Shown in pieces: positions 24,051-36,000 of a DNA stretch of 64,000 nt. The stretch lies in assembly GCA_964234715.1 (NCBI GenBank), contig OZ174279.1; one strand, given 5' to 3'. Made by a program: the position numbers and the translations under genes. Positions within the stretch are counted from its first letter, which is position 1; each line of letters starts with the position of its first letter. Under the pieces are notes generated by a model. It saw nothing but the letters and a program-made list of their open reading frames with translations. It was not told the DNA's origin and made no database searches. Source of the stretch: Podarcis melisellensis. Lineage: Eukaryota.

Positions 24051-27000
24051 ATCCAGGCCTTCGTGGGGTGGGAGCCCCTCTCTAGGTTCCCTTAGGAACG
24101 AAGCCCACCCCTGGCTATTGGTTGCATAGGAGTTAATAGATCGATAGATCTATGAAAATCGGGCAGGCAGTGAAATGGCTTCGCTTTGCACAACGAGGTT
24201 GATGCTCCAGTTGACGAGCTCTTGTGAGTAGCTCCCCATTATTCGCTTGCGCAGTTTCGGTAGCCTCTTAAGTAACTAGCAGCGCCTGCTTTGAATGAAG
24301 AAGCCCTGCCGGGAGGAGGCTTCGTGTCATCGTCATTATCTCTCCTTTGAGTTTCTGCGAGCCTGTAGGGAGGGCGCGAACTGCTGGCGCCGAGCGGCGC
24401 GTGAAGAAGGTAGGGCTGCTTCATTATAGCTTCTTGCGGGTAAGAGTGGTTTACCATCGGCAACATCACGAGGGGAATCATGTGCAGATGAACGGCCGTC
24501 GCGTGTTGAGCTTGGGGAAGGAGAGTCCCGCCCGTCACGCACCCGCTGAGCGTCAGAACCGCCCTTTCCCGCAAACCTCGCTAGGCGCGTGGAGGTCCCG
24601 GGGAGGGGTATCCTGGACCAATCAGGATGCCCACCCCCTCTCGTGTGGAGGAACTCTGCACGTGCATCGGTTCTTGCGTGGGACCCTCTCTCAGAATCGC
24701 GATTGGCAGGGACTGAAAGAGTGGGCAAATCTCTCTTGCTCGCTCTCAGGCGTCCTTTTAACCCCACCCTTGGATTGTGATGCTTGGTGTAGGTATATTG
24801 TGGCCCGGTAGCAGCTGCTCTGGGGTCTGATAGATGCAGCCCGATCCTACTCAGAAGTAAGTTCCAGTTTTCAGAGGGGCTTACTTCCAGCTAACAGTGC
24901 ACAATATTACAACCGTTATGATGCCATCCTATAAGGGAAGGGAGGAGAAATTACTTTAAAAAGCAGTGAGGACCAAGGGTTTTTTTTCCTGCTAGGGTTA
25001 TGCTTTTTGTAGTGCTGTAGCTGGGGGGAGGGGGAGGTGGCTACCCTGGTTTTTTGCCCTGGGTGAAACCTCCAGAGGGGCACCATTGAGGCTTCCAAGT
25101 CCCAACCTGTGTGTGGGGTGTGTGCACCAAAATGGGTCTTTGACCAGGATGAAATAAAGCCTAGTTTCACCCTTGCTTTTTGAACTGGGCCTGATCCTGT
25201 TAGACCCAGTGGGGCTTGCAAACACATTTGGCAAAAATAAGCTTTCCGTCAGCATATGTTGGCTTGCAGAGTCATTGTGGTTAGTTCACTGGAAACATCA
25301 GTACATTGCAGTAACAAAAGCAAAATATTAGGCCATCTTAAATGATTTGAAAATGTTGCAGTGCTATTATTTCACATATCTTTTATGGATTTTCATATTA
25401 AGAACTTGATGTACCTGGGGAAATGGCAAGCAGTGCTACATTTTCCAGGCTAAAGTGCTCTCTGCCCTGATTTAGAACAGGACACTTGCCAGTGCTGCAG
25501 GTCTACGGAAATACTCTGTTCCTTCAGAGGAAAAGCACTATACAGACACACCCTATGTTTCATAACATGCTTTTTATCCTATTCTCTTTCCCCCTTTCAT
25601 TTTTTATGTTTAGTTTTGGATAAGATTGTTGTGTTTTTATCAGTAAAGCAGTATCAAACTATTCTGTTCTCATTGAATAATTTTCCTTTTTTCCCTTTTT
25701 AAGCTGTGAAAGACCCCACAGCTGTTGAGCGAACAAATTTATTGAATATGGCCAAACTGAGTATCAAGGGACTCATTGAATCTGCCCTGAGCTTTGGCCG
25801 AACCCTTGATTCTGACTATCCACCTCTGCAACAGTTCTTCGTTGTTATGGAGCACTGCCTGAAACATGGCCTTAAAGGTACCAAATGCATGTTTTAAAAA
25901 GGATGATTGTTTGTTTTTACCAAAGCATATTGACATTTTATTTTGTTATATAACAAAAGAGTATAATACTAGATTGCTCATTCTAGATTAAGGCAAGTTT
26001 AGGCATATAGAATTCCCTATACAGTGGTACCTCGGTTTATGAACTTAATCCGTAAACCGAGGTGTGCTTTCCCTAATGTCGCTGGTTCCCTTCCACCGTT
26101 CAGATTCCATTCTTAAATCGACGTCAAGTTCGCAAACCGGGACACTACTTGGAGTTTTGCAGAGTTCATAAACTGAATCGTTCGTAAACAGGACTGTTCT
26201 TAAACTGAGGTACCACTGTATTAGCCGGCCTATGTTCATGGGCCCAGGATGCACACTGTAGACTTCCCTCACCTCAGTCGATCCAAGGGGGAATCTATGT
26301 GCTTCCCCACTTGGATTCATTAATACTGATGTGGGCAACTGAAGAAACCCTCTAATTTATTTTACATAATTTTTTTACTTCTTTGGAGTCCTGCAAGTCC
26401 CTGCTGTTTCTCTTCTTTGTTGGCTTCCTGGGATATGTAACTTCAACTTGCAGATTCTTCTTTGTTTTGCCTTATTTTGTCCTTGGTGTTCTTATAACAT
26501 TCATTTCACAGTTGGCTGCAATGGTTTTAGAGAATCTTAGGTGCAGCAGATTAAATATGCTGATACTGTATAAGTGTTGAATATTAGCCATGCTTACAAA
26601 TGTTCCTTGCACTCTGATATGGCTTACCTAGAAATAACTTTTATAGTGCCACCTAGATAACAGCTCTATTAAAGTATAAAGCCAAGTTTAAAATGTAAAA
26701 ATATTATATTTTCCTTCTAGTAAAAAAGTCATTTCTCAGTTACAATAAAACAATATGGGGTCCTCTGGAGCTTGTGGAGAAGTTGTACCCAGAAGCTGAG
26801 GAAATCGCTGCTAGTGTTAGAGATTTGCCTGGTCTCAAGTAAGTTGTGTTGCTAATAAAGATCTTTTCCATTTTGGACAATAATCCTGGCCAACAGAGAT
26901 TTGTTTTCTGAGCTATTCCTTTTTTAAAAACTAGGACTCCACTAGGACGTGCCCGAGCTTGGTTACGATTGGCACTTATGCAAAAAAAGATGGCTGATTA

Positions 27001-30000
27001 TCTACGATGTCTCATCTTTCAGAAGGAATTGCTTGGGTGAGTGTCCATTCAGATTTTTATAGGATAAATTAAGGTCAGTGCTGTAATTGCTACCAGATTT
27101 GTACAATTATGTTACATTTTACTATAGCTATTGCTAAGTAATATGACAGTAAAGTTAAAACTTGGTTCTTGACTTGGTTTGCATTTGCGTTTCTTATCTG
27201 AGCACCTAATTTTCTTTCGTAACTGAAGTTGACTTCCAGTTTCTCTTCTCATTTCCTCTCCACCCCTTGTGCACCCCCAAAATTTATTCCAGAGAGTCCC
27301 TGAACTCTCCAGAGCGGGGGGTGGGTGGATTGGGGATTGGAGAAGAAGGAAAAGCCCTGTTGCAGACCAGATGCCATTTCATACTATGGTGGACCTTTCC
27401 CATTTCATTTTATTTTGTTGAGAAAACTTAGATTCTGTATAAGTTGCCACTTTAGTTGGTATATTCAGTATGTTGCTCCAAACTTTTAACCACCTTGGAG
27501 TATCGGTGAAGTCAATCTTTAAAAGATTTGAAAATAAAATAAATTACTGATTGACCAGCAGTTAAAAATTGATTCAAAGTATGTTAAAATAAGTTACGGA
27601 GTTTTTTAAAAAATGCATTTTCCAGCGAATTTTATGAATATCATGCGCTGATGATGGAAGAAGAAGGAGCAGTTATCGTTGGCTTGCTCGTTGGGTTAAA
27701 TGTAATTGATGCAAATCTTTGTGTAAAAGGAGAAGACTTGGATTCACAAGTAAGTAGATATAAAGCTATGGTCTCTTACTTTTGCCTTAAATGTGTTTTT
27801 TTATGAAATGATGGGGGAAATATCAAACTGATGGATCTGAATGCACAGTATTAAAAGTTGTAATGTGCTTTCTTAAAAGAAAAAAATGTTTCTTATTTAG
27901 CTTGATGAGTTAAATGGAAAGGCAGTTGGCTATTCCCTAAACAAAACACACTTATTTCCTTTGAAACACAATTAAAGGCCTGATTAATGAATTGTTTCTT
28001 CTGCGGAGGAATACTGATGGAGTTTACATGAATCGGTTCCTTTATTAGAAAGCTTTTGGCTTGGTTACAAAAACCATAAATGTGCAACCTAGCTGCTTGT
28101 TTTCCTTTTTGCCTGATTATCCGGAAAGTCTCCAAAGATTGGAAATAGTTCTGCATAAAGCCTTCAAACTGTATTACTGCAGAAGTATAAATATGTGACT
28201 GCTTGAAAGAGGAAATGCATCTGGGTTAGTAATCTTTACCCTAAAAGGGTTGTTGAAACGGGGGGATGGGGGACTGAAGCATAGATGATACAGCTTTGAA
28301 TGAAAGCTTGTCATTACCAATGATGCAAGGCCTGTTGTGCTCATGCTCTCCTACAGTATGTATAAGGTTTCATTGCACATTTCCAGTAACATCAGTGAAG
28401 TAAAGACCAAACCCAGTTTTCCTTTTTAAAAATAAAATACAAAATGTGAATAAATCTATTTCTTCTTAGGTTGGTGTGATTGATTTCTCTATGTATTTAA
28501 AGAATGAAGATGATATTGAAAGCAAAGAAAGGTATGTTTTAACATTTCTAATAAACAAGTACATTAAATGCTTTGAAAAGGGTTTTGTGTTTTTCTGCCA
28601 GGCTCCCTAAGGGCAGGAAGCAGAAGTGTGAGGTAAAAGGATCAGGGTGGATCAACTTGCTTTGTTTTGCTAGGATCAATGAGAGGACAAATATATGAAC
28701 ATCTGATCCTCTTTTACTGGAACCTCTGCAAACTGAATGCAGATTGACAATGGTGATAATTCCTGCTTCAGACATTTTAAGTCAGGTCCCTGCTCTTCTG
28801 AGTCCCCTTTTCTTTCCTTATTTGTTTTGCCTTTCTCCTCCTGTCAGAGATAGGAAAGTGGATCTGGCCAAGGGGATAGATGAAGAACTGGTCCATCCTC
28901 CACAGCCCATGTGCGTAAGGATGTCATATGACATCAAGGACGCACTCTGGATTCTTCTCTAGCTTTAGTGTGGTGCCTTTTTCTGTTGCTGTGCAGAGCG
29001 ACAGGAAAAAGCGCCAAATTCAAGCAGTGGCTGGAAAGAGGAATCAGGAGTGCACCTATAGTGTGGCCCCAATTTTTCATTTGGAATTTCACCTAAAAAG
29101 TTTTACCGCTTAGCCCACAGGATAGTATCTATTACTTTGTTTCAACCATAGACTTATTATACTTCTACGGACTTTCAAAGATTGACAGGCATGTGTTCAA
29201 TTGATTTCAAATATATTAGAGAATTTACAAGTGCACACATTTTGTTTTTGTTACTAAATCATGTATATTATGTAATAAGAATTACAGTGCTATCTAGTAT
29301 ACTGGCCTGCGTGTTGCTTGTATTGTTTGTTGTGTTAAGTTTGCAACACGGGGGTTTGTTGTTCTGTATTGTTGATGCCTTCTCCCACTCAGCCGCCCTA
29401 CAGCTGAGGGGGAGATAGTGGGCAGACCATTTGGGGCAATGCGGAGCCTTCGGGTGCCCAAGCCACTGCGTCACTCCCAGGAGAGACGCGTGGCTCGGGA
29501 GTGCTGCAGGCAATGCGATGAGTGCCACCCTGTATTTTGTCACCCCCCTCAGTGGTGACACCCGGGGTGCTCCACCCCCCACTGCACCCCACTTCCTCCA
29601 CCCCTGCATATATGGTGTCAGATAAATGTCTAATTAAATATGTTTTTATCTCTTTAGAAATGACCATATTGCTGCTATATTGGATCAAAAGAATTATGTT
29701 GAAGAACTAAACAGGCAGCTGAAGTAAGTATTTACAGAAGCATCTGTTGAATCCATATAGAGGCATCATCTTTTTAAAAAGTAATTCTGATAAAAACATA
29801 CCTTTTCTGGTACAGTAGATGGCACTGAAATCCTTTTAGTTGCATTTGGCTTAGTTTAATGGTTGCATCATATAGCTACTGAAAGGGAGTCTAGAGTGAA
29901 TGAAGCTGTTGGAAGACTAATGTTTCAAGTGTTTTGTCTGTTAAATAGGCTATTATTTTAAATGTGGGCAAAGTAAGAGGAGTTTATTATTCAAATTAGC

Positions 30001-33000
30001 TTGGTACAAATCCTGAAATTTGATACTTTCAGTCTTGCTGTTCTTTATGAAGGGGACTAAGATTGCAGTCCTAAACATATTTTCTTGGGAGTAAGGATAT
30101 TGCTGTAATTTCCAACTATTGTGGGAATCATTTGTGTTAAACTGGTATTTTGCACAGGAAGGATGTAACATGCAAAGGCAAACTATATGCAAGCATACTT
30201 TTTCAAACACCTGTGTACGTTTCTCTTTAATGTATGTGTACATGGATGTGTAAAGTTGTATGTTCATGCATATTTTCCATTCATACTTTTTGTCTTTGGC
30301 TTGAAATCACCAGTATAACACTGGTGTTTTCTGCAAAAATCATAGCATATAGCACTGCCCTTGTCCCATTGAACTCCATGGGATTTAATTATGAGTAACT
30401 AAAATTAGGACTGCGGTGCAAAAGAACAATGTTAACACGTGGGCAGAATTTTACTCTTAAGACTTTAAATATTTGTTCTTAGAGTGGCATGGGCTTGTTA
30501 TTAAGTTATAAGAAAAGGCTGCTTGAGCCACTGAGATCAGGTGGTGCTGAGGACTTCTCTAAAGAACAGCAGCAAAAAATATAAATTTCCTGGCTCATGA
30601 GAGTTGAAAGAAAGAATGAAAGTTAGCAGTAATATAATGGACATTTAGAGTGATAGGAAATGTCATTTCAAGGAACTCAAATATGATGATGGCAATAAAA
30701 TAAAGCTAGTGCATTTATCTTCTTGAAAGATGTATGGTGGAAGATGTGTTTTCCAACTCCATTGATCAGTGGACACCCAAATAGGCACTAGAATGTTAAG
30801 TAAATTGCATAGTACTATTTGTACTTGTAGGATTTGATGTGTAATTTTGAGTGAGGTTCTCTTTACTATTTTCAGTAGCACAGTCAGCAGTCTCCATACA
30901 CGCGTTGATTCGCTAGAGAAGTCAAACACTAAACTAATTGAAGAGGTATGGGCTTTTAACAATGCATATGACCAATACTATCTTTCTGTTCTGCCTGTGT
31001 GTGTTGAAATATTTTTGTTTTCCTATTATTGTTCACCTGAATCTTTCTGCTTTTTTTGTTCCACTTCTTTCTTAGTTAGCAATAGCCAAAAATAATATAA
31101 TTAAACTTCAAGAAGAAAATCATCACTTGCGAAGTGAAAATACACTCATCTTAATGAAAACACAGCATCATCTAGAGGTATGAGAGTTCTATTTACAAAG
31201 GAAATATAATATGCAGTACAAAGCAATATTAGTAAAGAGGTTGCCTTTGCTTTTTTGTGTGCATGTGCTCTCTCTAAACTGGCTCAAGTAAAATATGATA
31301 GGTGAGTGTCCTATCAAAGAGTAGGTAGCAACACAGCCATTGCAGAATCAGCAGTAAATTCTGGCATGTTGAACTATCTTGGGCTATTTGACATACTAGA
31401 GGACCCTATCATAAATACAAATAACAAACTCATCGTCTGAGTGCCTGTCCTTATGTGGCCAAAATGGCCTCACTAGGCTAAGGGGAAACCAATGATTTGA
31501 AAAAGCTTTGGAGGGAGGAACCTTAAGTTGGGGTGGGGGTGGACTCCAATAAGAACTGAGCATGCTTAGTGAGTACAGAATGTTGACTTTCAGGGCGAAA
31601 TAGAAAAGTGGGAGGAGATAGAATGGAGTGGTTGGAAAACTGAACAGGAACATTCCACTCTGATATTTTGTTTCAGATCCTATTTGTTCCTTCAGTTACT
31701 GGTGTTCCAACTGTGAGTTCCTTTGCTTATATAGTTGAAACAGCAATACCACCACACAAGAGGGTATCAGTAGGCTTGATGGAACTCCAAGGCTTACAGA
31801 AATACAAACATATTTAGGAAAAAAATGCTGCAAAATATCTCAATGAGGGCTAACACATTGCTGTTTTTAGGTGTGTGGCTATGTTTTATTTTTAAGTGTG
31901 TACCTCAAAATGTAAAAAGGAGAATGAGATTAACAGATGTTCAGAAGCTTGTGTGTCGTATAGACATACTCTTCATCTTTAGAGAGCCAAAATTGACTGC
32001 AGCTGCCAGTGAAGCACAAGCTTGTAAAATTTGGGTTTGGCTCCATGTAATATGTGGCATTTCAGGGAGCACTGATTCTGTCAACATGAGATGGGACATG
32101 TACAGCTTACTGTGTTTTACTGAGTCAGTGTGTCATTCTACAATACCCTTGTCTGTTCCCCCCACATGAAGATAGGCTCTGGGGGGAAGTGATCTAAGCA
32201 TGAATTCCTTACTTGTAGGTGAACAAAGTGGATGCTGAAGCAGAACTTCAGACATACAAGCACTCCAGACAAAGCCTGGATGACATGTACAATGAAGCAC
32301 ATAGGCAGCTTCGAGAAGAATCACAGTTGAGACAAGTGAGTGTATATCAGATATGCTATGGAAGCAGTGGGAACTTGTATATCCAGAGGCATGTAAGCTG
32401 TCTTGTCTTCTATCACCATATTTTCCTACCTTAATGCATTTGATATCTGTGCACATCTTTGTATTTTGTAGGATATAGAGAATGAGCTGATGGTTCAAGT
32501 TGGTATGAAGCATGAGATAGAACTTGCAATGAAGTTGTTGGAGAAGGATATACATGAAAAACAAGACACTCTTATAAGCCTGCGGCAACAGTTGGAGGAA
32601 GTCAAAGGAATAAATGTAGAAATGTACAAAAAGCTACAAGTAAGAACATTTTACTGTTTGCAACTGGAAGCTAAACGAAATACAATTTTTAAGCAATACT
32701 CTTTCCCCCTCTAGGGAGGCCCACCTGTCCTTTTGAGAACTAGCTTTGAATATCAATGGATAACAGTTATTCTTACAGCTGCTTTCTCAGCATAGGAGCA
32801 AAGTGACCATCAGGATGAGGAGGCTTTGCCTGATATCCTCTGTTTTCAGCCTGCCAGCAACTGCAGACTCTCACTCATATAACATAATGTACTCTCCTGT
32901 CCCTTGCATGATCCCACAAACTGCTCCTGAGGTTTGGGATTCCCTCCTCAGGAGAACAGAGGTCGCAATGGGGAGGAAGGGACAATCCCATTGTGTCGGT

Positions 33001-36000
33001 GGCAACCCTCTCATGCACTGTTGCATGTCATCCTCATTTGCTTCAGACCAGGGGACAGAGCCAACTTAATAACCTTACTGAGGGGAAAGACTTCCATCAT
33101 CTCTGATTGTTTCTACCTCATAAACTAGAAAGGAAGGCAATAGTGGTTTTAGCCACAAGCCACCCACCACCAAATTGCTTTTAAAGTTCCACTTTTAGTA
33201 GTCCTTGTGGGGTATAAGAAAAAGGGGAATTTAGAAAGATAAACCTTTTGTCAATTTCCTCCTCCTGAAGATTGGGCTGCTTACCTGAAAGTAAGTTCCT
33301 ACTACTGCTGCTGCACATCAATACAGCACTAGCAGTGTGGCGAGGGTTACTTTAGAGAGTTTACTGTCCAAGGCTGGGCAAGAGGGAGCAATTTCTAATG
33401 GAGAGGAAAGGAAGAAAAAAAACTACACATCCAGACTGTAGATTTTATTATTGTTCACTTGTTAATACTCAAGTTATATAGTGTTGCAATATAATAATCA
33501 CTCTTATATCATAGGTTTCAGATGATGCGCTGAAAGAAAAGAACGAAATCATTGGCAGACTTGAAGATAAAACCAATCAGATTACAGCAACTATGAAGCA
33601 GTTGGAGCAAAGGTACAGCATCTTCTTTTATTCTGCTTCTCCACTCCTCCTCAGACTCATTTCTTCTGCTTCAGTTGCCACATTCTCATATAGTAGGCAC
33701 TGAGATATGACTTTGTTTTGAAGGATCAAAATGTGTTTTTTTACGCTGTTTTTAGGTGCTTTGAATGCATATTTCAATTCCCTTTTTTTTGTGTGCCTGA
33801 GATATCCTATTTGACTCCTTGCTGGCTGTTTCAGAATTTCCACCCCCCCTTTGCATATTATATCTATCCAGCAAAGTCCCAGTTGACTAAAGTAACTTTT
33901 CTGATTTCTTACTCATACATTTGAAGTTAAACTACTTGAGACAATAGGAGATCTGTGATTGAATTGTCTTTTAAAAGTAACTTTAGGGACCGTGCTCAGC
34001 TTAGGGATAAGAAAGGCAGAGGGGACCCCAAGTCAATTCACAAACCCCATCCCATCTCCTCACTCCAGATTTGCAAAATGGTGCTGTCTGCAGCCTTCCA
34101 AAAACAGTAGTATGGAAACCATCACAAAAAGGCAAGGAAAAGGGCAGGCCCCCTCTGACTCCCTGCAATTAGAGCACTGTAGTGGTGCTGGTAATGTGTT
34201 TGGTGCTGTGCCCCTGAAGATCTTTAAAAAAGCTTTCCTTCACACTGTTTTCTTGATCTAACCTTCTCAAAGGTTTTTGCACCCCAATAAAAATATTTGC
34301 TGGCATCCGTCTGTCTCATGAGACAATAGAGTGCACCTCCAGGGGTGAAGTCAAACTGCTGGAGAATCGCAGTGCCTGCTGCGACTACAGAGACCAGTAA
34401 CTTGTAACTGCTGCCTCCCATGTTTTTGCTGTGTTCTTGCAGCACCAAAGTGACACTTGTGGGATGCAAGTCTGGGCAGTGTGTATGGAGGTCCTGGGAT
34501 GGCCAGACAGCCTTGCTAATGTGGTCCAAAGGACAGCAGAGCAATACGTTTGGCACCAGATATACTACAGGAATTGCCGGAAGGAGGCATGCAAGGCTCC
34601 ATCCCACTGTCTTAGGGACTACTCCAAATTTGTGTAGGATTTACTCCTTAGCAATTTCCTCTCCTAAAGATGTCCTGCAAGGCAGCGGGTAGCAAGAAAA
34701 ATATACTTGAGGGGATTTCGGTTGGACAAATCACGTAGTGGAATAATTTGCTTCCTCCAGTGCCACAGCCATTTCACCTCCATGGTTGCTTTAAAACCAC
34801 ACACATAAAACAAAACAGGATTTCGGTTCAGATATTCTTTTGTCTCATCTGGTTAGGCACTTGATGTGTGCAGACTCTTAGAATTATTTGTTGGCCCATA
34901 TATTCAGTTGGAGAAAAATCATTTGGAAATACTCTTCCATTTAAATTGAAAACCTTCTTCCATTCTGAGTGTAAGTGTGTAGGGTCGAGTCCCAGAGAAT
35001 CCTGAAACTACCTCCATGTCTTCAATAGACGGGAATTTTTTGTGGGGGCGGGGGAAGTATTGTATGTCTTCAGCAGCATCTTCTCCTTCCCCAGCTCAGG
35101 AAAAATCACCTTTTGAAACAAAAAGAGAGTTTCAAAAGCAGTTTGTGATATTGTCATTTTTTAAAATAAAAAAGAAGTAAAAAGTCTTGTAGATGGTGCA
35201 TGAGACAATGGATGCTTCTAAAGTAACTCTGAGGCTATATATATATGTATACTAAAAAAAGGACATGTAACATGTAGGTCATTTATTATGAATACAGAAG
35301 TATGTTTACATGCTTTACTTCTCTTATTTTTTTTTAATGGGTGACATCCACTGCTTGTACAATGGGACTTCCAGTTACTTTTCTCCCCCCTCCACCTCCA
35401 CCTTTCCCACCCCAAATCTGCTTTGTGTGCTCCTCCACTCCTCCAGAGTGGGCCACACGGAGGACTGCAGGGGGCAGGAGAGGAAGAAGCTGCCCGCTGC
35501 ACAAACAGGCACCTGTTTGAGCAATGTTGAATCTCAGATGTTGTTAACATTCATAGCCTCATCATGTGGCTGTTGACATGTCTTGCCATTGTTTTTCTTT
35601 TCAGTCTACTTAACAAACAAACAAAACATAATTATGTATTAAAACGTTAGTGGCATGAATATTCTTTTATTGACATCCTTCTTCCTCTTTTTCTTTTTCT
35701 TTTCTCCTTTATCCCAACTTCTGTGTTTCTGAATATTTTATTACCTTTATTTGTCTTTAATTTTTTATCCATTGCACATCTGAAGTGACAAAGAACTGTT
35801 AACGCAAACCAGGACTATTGCAATGTCCTTAGTAAAATGTGCCAGCAATGAAGGGCAGCATCAGTACAAGCTTGTTAAAGATATATCATTTTGAAAGATC
35901 CTCCATGTGTCTTGAAATAGTTTAAAGGAGTAAAATTTGTAGGATTTTTTTTAACCTTGCTTTTAAATAGGTTATGGATCAGGCTCTAAATGTAGCAAAA

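Noticed and set aside
23392-24811. Multiple 100-217 aa ORFs on both strands
   Set aside because: Expected in a stop-poor CpG island; no recognisable domains. Only the RUFY2 exon 1 frame is supported.
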